Source: Tubiluchus corallicola
Taxonomy: Eukaryota > Animalia > Priapulida
Length of the DNA: 64,000 nt
Assembly (NCBI GenBank): GCA_030141605.1
Contig: JAQGDQ010000105.1
Coordinates: forward strand, 1 to 64,000
Direction: 5' to 3'
Notes under the pieces: generated by a model
What the model was told of the DNA's origin: nothing
The model's database searches: none
What the model saw: the letters and a program-made list of their open reading frames with translations, nothing else
Translations under genes and position numbers: made by a program
Shown: piece by piece, positions 1 through 12,700 of the stretch
Layout: every line of letters starts with the position of its first letter
How positions within the stretch are numbered: the first letter of the stretch is position 1

Positions 1-3000
1 CAATGTTTAAAATTACAGGTGTAGTTTATCTCCTGGTGAAAGATGGAAAAGTAGAGAAAAGATTACATATTTGCTAATATATTATTAACACATAAAAATT
101 ATTATTAACGCTTCTATCGTTTATCACATTGTCTGCTTGACATCACGCTAGTTACTGATTTTATAAAAATTTTCCATTTGAAATTGACGCGAGAACTTAA
201 AAAACAGTATCCCGAGAGCATTAATGAGAGCAATCCCTAAAATGATTCTCTGAACATTAACCCACAAGGCTTTCACATGCACTAGCTGAGCAATTTAAAT
301 CAAGACTAAAATACGAAAAACAGAACAGCTAAATAACATTTATGTTATAATTATTATAGAGCAAAGCAATGAAAATGTCAATCTATTCGCTCTTCGCTAG
401 AAACTAGACAAAGTTTCTTTTATCCTGTCATGCAAAATGCCTGGTATCCGCACATTTTATATTTTTTAGAATTCATTTATTTTTTTTTAGTTTCCATTAA
501 TTAGCAACATTTTTCTACGCCTGCTTAACAATGGCTGTTTTGCCCAATAACTCATTTCAATGCCCTTTGTTGTTTAACTTCGCATGCACTGTTTTATCAA
601 AGGGACATTAAAGTTAAGGATTTCAAAGTCGGTACCACTGTTATCGCTGAAGTAAGTCAGCTTGCATCGGAGGTCTTTGTAAATGTAAAGCAAATCCCAC
701 TCTATTATAAGAACTGAAATGATGTTTCCTTACCTTTAGAGCACATTTCGCTTCGTTATAGTTCCTTCTCATACTTATACTTTCATCTATCATAAGTATC
801 GCATCAACTTTTTTGGTACCGGGAAACTCTGCATAGGAGCTTCTAACGAAGTTTCTTATTTTTTGTGCATCAATTTTTGTATCTATTTGCAAAAAGATAA
901 CTATTATTTATAGGGGGAAAATAATAAGTAACCGTGACCTAGAACAAATTGCAATAGAATTTTTGTCTTCAGATTCTGTTAGAATGTGGTCTCAAGTACC
1001 TACAACAAAAAATTGACCAAAATATTTTTGATACTTTTGAGATATATGCATAAATCCAAGATGGCACATGCTAACGCCAAAACTCAGTTATATCTGCTAA
1101 ATAGGTGAAAAATTGTATTGTTGACTGATACGAAACTGCACCCAAGAACTCCAAAAATTTCGTCGTTTTCATCTACGATGTCATCATAATATCGCAATAC
1201 TATTATGAGGCAGTTAAGAACAACACTATTTCAATGTTGTTAAAAATGGGTCACTGGAATTGTTCTTCTTTCATTATCACTGCTTGTAATAGCATTTAAA
1301 ATCAGTTAAACATTGTTCTAGCATGTCGTTGATGTCCATTTACATCATTTCCTTGGTATGTATATGGTGCCTATAGGTGTCAAAAGTCGATTGCTTAGTA
1401 GAAAATTATGTGGCAACAACTGTTAGGAAAATGCACCATGTAAAACCAAAAATGTTGTCATTTTCCAACTATAACGTCACAACGCCATTGTCAAGTCATT
1501 AGGCCATCACTGTTACTTATTTTTACATTAATTTTGAATGCTTGCCCCTTAAGTGGAAGTGGCGACGAGCGCATGGAAAGAAGGTCTGCCATTAGCTAGG
1601 TTCGTTATTTCGGCAATATGTTACACCAATGCCAATTGTTTGACCCAAGTGAGACGTGGGCAGGGGTGGGGGTGAAACCAATTGATTGGTGCAGGGCAGA
1701 AGTCAGTGGAAAGGACTTGACTGGTTGGAACAGTCTCGTCCAGGCATGCCACATATGATGGAGGAGACTAAGACAGCGTCACTTCAAAAATGTGATCACT
1801 GGTATTGTTTTACTCGCTCTCGTGTATAGTTATTTGTTGGTGGCAAAGTGAAACTAGCGGATGCAAATCTTTCCAATGAAGCCGCTGTCCCATAGGTTGC
1901 ATCCGGTAGTTTCACTTTGACACCAATGAATAATTATATGTGAAACAAGTAAGTGACTTCCAGTGACCAGCATTATCAAGTGATGCTGTCTTAATAGAAT
2001 TTTTTCACTTAGGCTTGATGATTTACGAGATATAACTGATTTTTGGCCCTACCAGGCGCCATGTTGGATTTATGCATATATCACAAAAGTATCGAAACCG
2101 ATTTTGGCCGATTTTTTATTGTGGGTACTTGTGACCATGTTCTGACAGAATCTGAATAGAAAAATTCTATTGCAATTTGTTCTAGGTATCCATTTACTAG
2201 AAGCTCTATATTCGCCTATAATAACACTTTTCATATACATTCCTTATATTCTCGTGATGATTTAATAATCACCATTTTCTACTTGAAGAAAGTTCAAGAA
2301 CGCACTGACTTGTTACTTGGGTGAGCGGCTTGCCAACTCTATTTTTAAAACTGCATGTGCACATGCAAAATGATTAAATTTTGCAAGAAACTTCAAAGCT
2401 AGAATAGGGATGAGGTAACCACTGTTAACTGAGCAAGCTTCATCTGCTAGGGACTTCTAATCTTCGCGTGAAAAACATAATAATCGAGCCTGTCTAATTG
2501 CGAGTCTAATTATTTTTATAGACATATTGGTTAATTAAATAAAATAAAACATATCGTACTACACAGATATTTCCATATTTGAGAAAGGAAGTTTTAAGGA
2601 AAATTTAATTTGTAGCCACCAATTTAAATTTTGACAGTGTCACTAATTGTGTGAGATATTAACCAGAAGGATTTAACAAATTACTACTAGCACTTTGCAG
2701 CGCATTTTCATCTTGGAGTGTCGTTAGCCGTTTACTTTTACAGATCATCCAGTTTGGGGCAAAAATTACAGAAATGTAACATATTAAGGAATAAAAGATT
2801 ACTATAGCGAAGATAAATGTAGAAGCATCTAACGATAATATAACTACAAGCTTCAATCCAAACTGCATTTTCTGTTACTTATTTTCATTCAAGTGCTGCT
2901 CCTAAAATTGATTTTTCATTTACTCAGTGACTTTTTTTACTGTGCAAAGTGTTTCAGCACTTTTACCGCTCCCTTAGTTATTTTTTGTGCAATGTATGCG

Positions 3001-3143
3001 ATAAAACCAGTTCAAGGCTTGTTCAAAAAGTTCAATGAATTATTGAATTTCGTCTTACTGTTTGATCTGAGCACGTTGATTCTTCGTGATCGTCTTGATT
3101 CGCAGATTGCTAGAAAGAAGTAAACTAGATACCACGGCCTCAT
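1..3143 (-). CDS. Secreted von Willebrand factor A (VWA) domain protein, 5' part only; exons complement(3059..3143, 734..882, <1..32)
   Basis: Exon 1 reads MRPWYLVYFFLAICESRRSRRINVLRSN (signal-peptide-like, then RRSRR) with donor a|GTAAGA, phase 1. Exon 734-882 (aatAG acceptor, aag|GTAAGG donor) joins in phase and reads TKIDAQKIRNFVRSSYAEFPGTKKVDAILMIDESISMRRNYNEAKCALK, the VWA beta-A strand with the DxSxS MIDAS motif. A strong polypyrimidine acceptor (ttttctctacttttccatctttcacCAG) opens a phase-0 exon at 32 (EINYTCNFKH...). The gene is cut by the window edge. Confidence 0.75.
910..2220. mobile_element. Non-autonomous TIR DNA element (about 1.3 kb) in intron 1 of the VWA gene
   Basis: 938-1095 (cctagaacaaattgcaatagaattttt...gatatatgcataaatccaagatggc...cagttatatct) is the reverse complement, with some mismatches, of 2029-2187. 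No transposase ORF; outer ends approximate. Confidence 0.75.
1769..1993. mobile_element. Fold-back MITE nested inside the 910-2220 element
   Basis: taagacagcgtcactt pairs with aagtgatgctgtctta at the ends; ggtggcaaagtgaaactagcggatgcaa pairs with ttgcatccggtagtttcactttgacacc internally; TA at both ends. Confidence 0.7.
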
Positions 3144-3288
3144 GCCTGTCTTTTGTCCAGTATACTGCTCTTTCACTCCACTGGAAGTCTGAAAACTATT
3201 GCTTGAACACTTTTCGTTTCTTGGCTGCTTGAAAAACATTTTTTTGTGATATATAAGAGACTTGAAGCTCATCAACTTTGTCGGACAA

Positions 3289-3296
3289 TATTTATA
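3289..3296 (-). promoter_or_regulatory. Candidate TATA box for the VWA gene
   Basis: TATAAATA on the minus strand about 150 bp upstream of ATG 3143; motif match only, in AT-rich DNA. Confidence 0.3.
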
Positions 3297-5696
3297 ACAG
3301 AAATTGAAAAATGGCACTCATGCCACAATTAATGCATTCTGGTTGACAAATTTTGAATATAGAGGCAATGGAAAAGTATAAAGAATCTCAGGCAAAAAAG
3401 TGAAGGTACAAAGTTTCTAATATATATATTTCCATCTATATATATTTCTCACCATCTGATGAAACGCTCGTGTTAGTCAGTCCAATCTATCAGTGGGTGG
3501 AGTACATGTAGGCGAGCGATCCCCATATGGAGGTTGATCACACTGATCAGCTAGCCTAAGGACCAGTGAGTTTTGAAAATCATGACCCAAAATTACCATC
3601 AAAGAGTAATCCAAAAAGCCACAAGAGGTCATCTGATAAATGGAGATCAAATGACCAAACAAAGTTAGTATAAGAACTTATTTAACAGGTACCGATTGCA
3701 GGCCAAAAAAGTCGTTGACTAAATCTAAGATGAGGAACATTTCTACTTACTTTAGCGCAGTAGCGAACATTGAAATTTTTGTTTAAAGTTTCTAGAATAC
3801 TTAATTTTAACTTTAGCGTCTACGCTTTTGTTGACTAATTGTCTGATTAATTATCCACTCAACCGAAAGCTGTCAGTAATTAGATCAGTAATTGGAGACA
3901 AATTAGAGATATGTAAGAATTGAGGTTGTTTGACTTTTAAAATTTAATCTTAAGTTTTGATATTTGGAAGAGGGACAAGCAAACCGAGAACCTTTTTAGT
4001 TAGGGTATTTCACATTCATTTTTGTTTGACTATACAAAGTGCTTTTTTAACTAATTCAATAAGCCAAGTTAACTGTGTTCTGAACAGAGAATCAACAGAA
4101 GAAAACCAGGAAGTGGTACGTTGCTAATTAATAGAAGTTGTCGTCTTACCTCTTAATAAAAAAATTAAGAAACCAGGAATGTCTTCGTCTTATTCATAGA
4201 GCTCTACGTTCGCATTTAAACTGAATTACGTATCATAAATTTCTTGTTTATATACTTCGGTCTAGATCATTGTGTATTACTATTATTATTATTATCATCA
4301 TTATGCTGGTTACCTGTTCATAATGCAATTAATTATCTACTAAAGGCCTAATATTACTACCGTTATTGTTTATGAAGTAATAAATATGAACCCTCTTTGA
4401 AGACAAATAAAGAGAGATTACGAGATGATGGTTGTAATAAACGTTATTATCTATTATTCAGCAGGTGTCAAAAGCAAATTTATAATGTCTAGTCAATCCG
4501 ACGTACTTAAACGTATATGTGAAGAACCAGCTGCTAGTTAATTACTTTCCTCATTTTCATTTCATCTCATACTTTGCAAGTTTAAATAGCCTGTTTAGTG
4601 CTATTTTAACCTGTCCTGTAACACGATAACAACCGGCGTTTCCCTGTGCACTTGTATACTACGCAAATTTTTTGCCTCGTTTGCATATTGTTTTGCCAGC
4701 TCCTGTTTCTTTGCCTCCTTTCGTTCATTTCCTTTCCTTTCCTTTCTTTTCTCCCATTTCTTTCCGCCTTTCTGTCTTTTGTTTCATGATGGTGAAAACA
4801 TGCGAGAAGTGCTATATAGCCCAGCCAGAATGATCAAAGAAATTTTCAAACAGTAAAAGCATCCGATTTTATAGAAAACTGAGCCATGTCAGTAATGTGA
4901 TTCTTTCAAATACTCGCAAGATATCTGTCATCTATCACGGTAAATGCGAGATGATGACTCAGTTGCCAAAAGGAGTAATGAGAAAATTTTGCAACTGGTG
5001 AGTTGTATGCGTGCGAGTTGTGTGAATGATGGGGGGGGGGGTGTACTGACGAAGTAAAGCCAGTGTGAATCTGACGTGGGTACTGGCTAGACAGATATGT
5101 TTATATTATCTACCAAGTAGCACCTCATGTATTTTCCAGCTCGTATAATGGAAATTGGTAAGTTCACGTTGGCCGGTGTCATATGTGAGAATAAAAACAT
5201 CATGGAATTATAGTTCTAAGTTTTTCTTCTTCTGAGATGCCAAAATGCTAGTTGCGCTAACAATTTGGGAAATGCATATAAGATCTTCCTCTGAGATTCC
5301 GTCAACAAATATTGACAAGTTGTTGGATATAGAATTTAGAATAATGATTACTTCCACTATTGACAATCACAAAAGTAACTAAATTATTCGGCTCTCGTCC
5401 TTTAAAGTTTAATTAATGTAGAATTCATTTTGCTTTTTATGTAAAAAACTGGCTGAGAAATAACTTTCACTAATATACAGCCACATTAATTAATCGTTTG
5501 TTATAGTTCATACATATCAAACTAAATTACATAATATGCAACAGCAATTCAGACTTAAAACGGCTAAGTACTGGCTCTCTTCGTGATTACTTAACACTAG
5601 TTACAAAGTTGGATTCATTATCATGTTCTACAGACGCAACGTAGACACAGATTTCTGAGTTGACATATCAATTAGCTGTCTGATTTAATTATTTCT

Positions 5697-5935
5697 GATT
5701 CATTTTATTTATTATTCCGCGGCGGCAGCTGTACCTTGGCTGAAATATGTGTAAAATTTAAAATGTGTGGACATTTATTCATTTTATTTATTATTTCGCG
5801 GCGGCAGCTCTACCTTGGCTTATATATATATGTGTAAAATATAAAATGTGTGGACATTTATTCATTTTATTTATTATTCCGCGGCGGCAGCTGTACCTTG
5901 GCAGAAATCTGTGTAAAACATAAAATGTGTGGACT
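5697..5935. repeat. Minisatellite, three copies of an approximately 80-bp unit
   Basis: cattttatttattattccgcggcggcagctgtaccttggc...tgtgtaaaa.ataaaatgtgtggac occurs three times in tandem. Confidence 0.9.
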
Positions 5936-6738
5936 TGTTTCTTACACTGTGTGTGTTTCACTGTGGAGCTGTTATTTCTATGGGAAATCAACCAATCATA
6001 ACTGTGGCATTTTCTAAATTGTAGAAGGGTATGTTCTTAGCTGTTCGTTTGTTTGAATTTCATCTCTCTTTCCTTCTTTTGTTTTGCAACGTTAGATGCT
6101 CGTAAAATTTGTCATACTTACAGTCCTTTACATGATTTATTAACTTTGAGTAGCCGCAGCTTCCACTACTGTACTTGTCAGTTTGAAAACAATTTCTTGC
6201 TAAAAAGTTTTTAAATTATTGTTATATCATAGTAATCTATAATTTTAATTCAATAATCAAACCGTGTGGAGTCATCAACTAGAGGAATCCCTAGGGACAC
6301 TAGGGATTTCAACCGGAAGGGATTGGGGCCACAGATTAGTAGATTCAAACAATAGTTAGAATATTGATCTTTCTATAAACTACAATTCTACAAATTGTAC
6401 ATTATGTACAGGACATCATACTATTCAGTGCTACAGATTAAACTAAAAACTACACGAGCTCCTATTTTACATCTAAAATCCATCAAAATTTTTTTGAATT
6501 CTTACGAAATTTGTAAGAATCTGTTACAAAACCAATCCAAGTAAATGTAGAACGCTATAACGATAAGTTTGGAAAGGAAGATGTCGTCCTAAGGTGCGGC
6601 GAGGCATTGGGGGACAAAAAGGTTGAGGAATGCTGCTTTAGGACAAACAGTTAGGAAATAATTTGTAAGTATTTATACTGGCAGGACCTAACTGTGTATA
6701 ATTTTTGTGCTCTTTCTTGCAGTGGCAAGTAAATCAAG

Positions 6739-9700
6739 ATGAACATTGAGAGGTACGTTTTTCACCTAAATTAATGGGCAAACACCTTATGATGACCTTG
6801 TTTGCAGTCGGTTGAGAAATGTTATGAGTTCCGCATATCACGGGTATTGAGTTTTTTAAATGTTTACATTTCATAAGCAAAATGCGGTGATGCAACACAC
6901 TAAAAACTTTTCTTGTCACGCTTTACTTAGAATGCATGACAACATGGAGTTTTAATATTCCAAGACCTTGCGCCCATAATATCAGATTTATGTTTTGTTT
7001 AGTTAATTGCTTATTGATCATTATGGTTTCCCATAATTGCTGTTACGGTTTATGGTAGGGTCAATTTGCTGAGAGTCAAGTTATAGTAGGGTCAACTCCA
7101 AAAAACTTGCAAGAAATTTTTTCTTGTAATATTTAGTGCATCAAATAACATAACCAAATTAGGCCGAAATTTGTTCACTGCAAAGGGCCTAATTATGACG
7201 TCCAAATGAGCAATGTTTTTCACCATTTTTGTAGACTAAATACCCATTCATTTTCGTCAATTGACGGCCATCTTTTTTGACGTCATAATTAGGCCCTTTG
7301 CAGTGACAAAATATCGGCCTTATTTGGATAAGTTATTTTCTGGACCAAATACTACAATTGAACACCAAATATCGTTTTCTTGTATTTTTTTGAGAATAGG
7401 GCTATTTTTCCATTATATTGACCCTACTGTTATGAAGCAACAAATAAGAACCCCATAAGAACTACCAGTTAAAGGTAGCATAATTAGAAAGTGGTAGTTC
7501 CATTAAAGATTGTTATCTACAATGCTAATAACACATTTAAAGTTAGCCAAGCCAAGACTACACATTAAGGTATAAATGCACAAATCTATCATACTTTCTC
7601 CATTTTCATATGTTTTTCCTTGCTGCTTTTTTCTTACTCCTTTCTCTTTTTCCCTTTCTCCATTCGTCTTTTCTTCACCATTGCTTCCTCTCTTTCTTCC
7701 TTATTTGATATTTTGACTATTGAGTTTTTTCTTTCGTTATATGACGGGAGAGACGCGAACCTATAAAGTGAAATTTACTGATTAAATATTTTTGCTTGAT
7801 GAGAAACATGTGTTAACAGCGTTTTAAACTTTATTTGTACCTAGTCTAACGTCGTCTAAAGGGAGTGAACCTCAGTAATTTGAGTACTAATGTGAGTGCT
7901 TTCAAAAGGTCTTTAAATCTTATAGCTTCTAACACAAACGTTTGATATTTGGAAAGTTACTGAGCTGCCATTTGACAATTCAGTGATATATTCCTAGGCA
8001 CCACGGGGCGTGTTTGAAACATGCTTATGGAGCTATTCACGGCATTTTGCAAGTCAATTTCAGTAAATAACTAATTATAAATCGTGTCCTCACACTTACT
8101 GCAATCGTGTGCCAAAACGACAAAAATATCGAATTTGTTTCCCGCAACATGACAGACTTTGCATCAACCTTTTCTTCCTTCCTATATAGTTTAACATGCT
8201 GGATCAAACCGGAACAATGAAGTTTATCTTTGCCATAAGCACTTTTTGGACAAATAGCAAAATGTCAACACTATGTAAACACTTTCAAGGGAGTGGGGGG
8301 TATTAAAGGCAAGAACCGCTTTCACGTTCTTAGTACCATAGCGGCGGATATTTCAAGATGAAAAGTACAAGGTACGTCTTTCACCAAAATTAAAGTTGGC
8401 GTCTAGCATTTGTAACGAAATTCAAAATCAATTATCATGTTGAAATAATATTATTTTGCATCATACATTTTTATAACTTTTATTATTGGCACTCAGAGCA
8501 TTATTTTTGGTTCTCAAACATTAAATGTCATCCTTGTCACTCGTTTACGTCAAGAAGGCTCTTGAATGGTAATGTGAAGGCCTCATTTGCTTCTATGATA
8601 CATTTGCAACGGTATGATAGATTTGCAACAGTAAGAATGTGATTGTGTATTAGTACAAAAACTATTTATGGGCCAAAATGAGTTAAACGACGAATAAATA
8701 TTAAGCTCTTAATACTTATGGAATATTGTCGGACTTAGCATTCTGGCCGAAAAAAGTCATGGTACAAACACTATTCCATTTAGACGTTACCAAGTTTTAA
8801 CTTCTAAATCATATTAACGCCATGATATCCGATTATTAAAAAAGTCTTTATACATGTAATAGGATAGTATGGCCCTAATACGCATTTGTACTTAGCGACA
8901 CGTAAATTTACTATATAGCAGCTTTGACTTGCCACGTGAGTACACAATAATAATATGTAATCAGATTGTGAAACATCCAGTTTTAAACGTTCTCTCTTGC
9001 CGTTTTCCAATTACGTCAAAATTTATTTTTATATTTGGTCTTCAGCAGAGCCATTTTTCTTGTTGCTTTGGGATTTTTCGTTCTTGGTACTACGTGCGCC
9101 AAGCGTAAAAGAGAGGAAATCAAAAATGCGGAACAACAGGCCGTAATTAACCTCACTCATCGCAGAAGCCAGAGCCACTTTGCTGAAAACAGGCGAGCAG
9201 GTTAGCATAAACATAGTTGCCGATGCTAGTATGAAAATTTTCTGTTCTATGTATTAAGTTGCATATTGAGCGCAATGTTAAATGTTGACTGAGGTAGATG
9301 CAATTAATTTTTATTTCGAAATATTTACTGAATTAAACGTAGCAATTTATGTCCGTGTAATTGTTGTTGACTAGTTATTTTTATGTACCACTAATTGTTT
9401 AATGCTTCGAAAATATTAGATGATTTTTGCCGATTAAGCATTTCTGGGTGTAAAAATTACTATTTTTATGACCCAGGCCAAACTGCGTCGTTACTTAATG
9501 ATTTATATAATGTAGAAATAGATGAGTGGAGACTTCTGAAAAACAAGGAGTTTATAAATCTGCGCACATGAGTTGGCAAGCCGAGATCACTCCTGTCCCC
9601 CTCCCCCAGACTTTCCCTCCCTTTTCGTCTGCCATTTTCTTCTTTGTATCTCTCTTGCTTTCATGTTTTCCTTCTCTTTTTTTCTCGCTCAATTTTTTGT

Positions 9701-12700
9701 TCTCTTAAAATTGACAAACTATTGACCCGAACAGTTTTAAGAGCAGTAGTCACGCATCTATTGGTTAGAAATGAGCTTTTGAGCTTTTTTGTGCTGTTAG
9801 CTTTTTCAATTTTTATCCGAACAGAATACGTACCATTTCTTCTAGGTGAAACGATGGAATGTCCAATGGCCAGAAAGTCAAAAAAATTTCACAAAGCTAG
9901 TCAGAAATCCAAGGAAAGGGCAGTGCTTGCTGAAATTGCCTTGGAGACCACAAGAGTGCTTGACGCAGAGTAAGTTGGCAGTCTAAATAGGACTTTGTAT
10001 GATAGGGCATCACAGGCGTTAGAAGCGTGTTCTAAATAAAATTTACTATAAAAAATTATTCATCACCCGCTTTTACTGCGGGTAAATGTTGGAGACATGT
10101 TGCGAATTACAACAGCAGTACTTGCCTCACTCGGGAAAACGTAGTTATTCATGAGACATAATACGTACTTGTAACTAGAGACAGAGTTACATTTCCTAAA
10201 TATATTTTGCTCGTATTAGATGCTCTGCATTAGCTAAAATTTTGCATACAGAGCAGCAAAGCGTGATCAGCAGCTGACTTGCAAAATAATTGAAAATTCT
10301 GAATTTTAGTGGAGCAGGAGACGTTGCTGGAATAAATCTCGCCGTCACTGTTGAATGCAACCCAAGCATAGATTGTACTGATGCTGCAAATAGCCGATAC
10401 AGGTAAAACAGCCAGACAATTAAATAAAAAGGCACACAGTAGAAAAGCAGATCAATAGCAATACTCAAAATTATTTTGACTTTGGTTTTAGCCTTCTAGG
10501 AAAGAAAAATGTATTAAAGCATCAAAAATGCTAAACTGTATTGCTAACTCAGTAATAAAGCACAGAAAATAAAGAACTCTATTTTGACAACAATGGCACA
10601 GACGCCGCTGCGTTGTTAGTCTTCTGCTTGATATTAATATACAAAGTAGCCCAGTCGTGCGAGTCGGTAAATATGTTGTAAAATACGTCTATTACATAAA
10701 TCTTCTTTAATTAAATACTTAAAACCCCAAAAATAAATGCTACATGAGAAAATACATGCATCGGCGTTTTACATTTCATATCACATATCTTACAGTTTAA
10801 TTAGATACAGACGTATAGTAGCAAAAATAACAAGTTAAATAAACCTATTGCTATTAGTGAGAATATTTTTTCAGTTGTATTCGTGACCTACACTTTTCTA
10901 TGCTTAATGTAGAACCTACGATGGATCTTGTAACAATATCGACAATCCGACTTGGGGACAAGCGGTAACGACTTATCGCAGACAATTTGCGGCTGATTAC
11001 TGTGATGGAAGTAAGTTTATAAGATTAGAAACGTATAATTTGTAGCTTCTGCAGTTGTACTTTTTGTGGGATTTCACTATAATAGCTAGGACACCAAATA
11101 CTAATAATTAATTCTTTGCAATCTTCTGGCTCTAGGCAGGATTTTAAACTCATCACGGATAATTGGAAATCTCAAAGAAGCTTATCTGCTTCTTTACAGC
11201 AACAATAGGGTAAATTTATTGATAGAATAGAGGTAAATGAGTTTTTGTAAGGAATGTTCGTGAGCATGCGCGCCAGTGTCGCGCACATTGTTTCTAACCG
11301 ACCAATTCAACGAATCGGTCGTCTTGTGGAAAATCACACATTTGCTTGCTGTCGCTGGATGTCAGCTGTTGGATTTTCGCCTATCTGCAGCAGTAAGTAT
11401 AAATGTAGCTAGGTTATCGATTAATTAAAATGAATTTGCTCGCATAAGTAACAGCATAAATTTCATCATCTGCCGGAGGCATTTGGGTGTGACCCACCTT
11501 TTTGCCTTGCTATATTGAATGTGTTGTCATTTTAATAATTGACATCATTTTATCAACTAATTAGCCAGGTTCAGCCAATTTTACCTTTAGGTCGGTTTTA
11601 TGAACATTAGCTTACAAAATACATGTATGAACAAAATTATCTGCAAACACATTCTTAATGATACAATACATATAAATTGTAAATTTAGTCTTACAATACC
11701 TGACATGAATCTTGTGGAAAGTTCAGCTTACACTTTAGTGGGTCACTGTCCTCTTCCTTCTCCATCGATCCCTGGACTTCCTTACTCACATTACTGCATA
11801 TGTCCTCATCTGTCTCATATGTGCACACTACTGAACAGTGACACTTTTGTGACCTGCCTGAGCATTTGGCTGACAGTTGGTCTCTTGCTTGCTCATTCGG
11901 TAAGGTGTGTGATTGCCAGAGGAGGGTCTTTTGTTGGGTTTGCCAAAAATCTATTTGCTTCTAATTTATATCTGTATTCTATAGCTTGTGATGGCTGTAG
12001 TTCAAAAATATTCTCTTGAAATTACATCATGACTTGGCAATGAGCCCTTGCGATGCGATTGTCTCATTTAAACTCCTTGTTTAGGCTGCAAGCTCGGAGC
12101 TTGTAACTAGTACCAGGCTCATAATACAGATGAGATACAAATGCTTCAATATCTTCTTCTATGTCAGATACTATCACTCTGAGGGTTACAATTTCCGAGG
12201 GAACGCAGAGAGCAAATAGAGATACAACCTTAACAGAATACTTATTTGGTGACTGCCAATATCAAATTTGTCTTTTGATCTGCTCCAGTGAATGAATAAA
12301 AGCCTGACCCATTGCAGCAACAAGCATGCACTACTGGGGCCAGTGGGATTTCACATTTTTATTTCCTATTGGAGTATTACTGTGACGAAACATGTAATTT
12401 TGCCAAGCTGATGATGATCTTAAATTTTTTGACTCTCATCTACAGTTTTTTAAATTGTAGTTCGATGATCTCAACACTACGACTTATTATTCCCAAGAAC
12501 TAATAATTCCATAATTTTATATAGCTGAGATAATATAACTTCATTCCTGCTTATTGCAATGATTAGTTTGTAACAAAGCCGTATTGGATTTTCATAAAAA
12601 TCTGAATTTTTACATTGAATTCACATTAAACAGTGTGTTTACGAAAATTAATTGATAATACATGTGTTAATTCAAATTTGATATATTTCAACTATTTTTC

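Noticed and set aside
5697-5935. CRISPR-like repeat array
   Set aside because: Whole units repeat with no unique spacers, there are no cas genes, and the context is eukaryotic.
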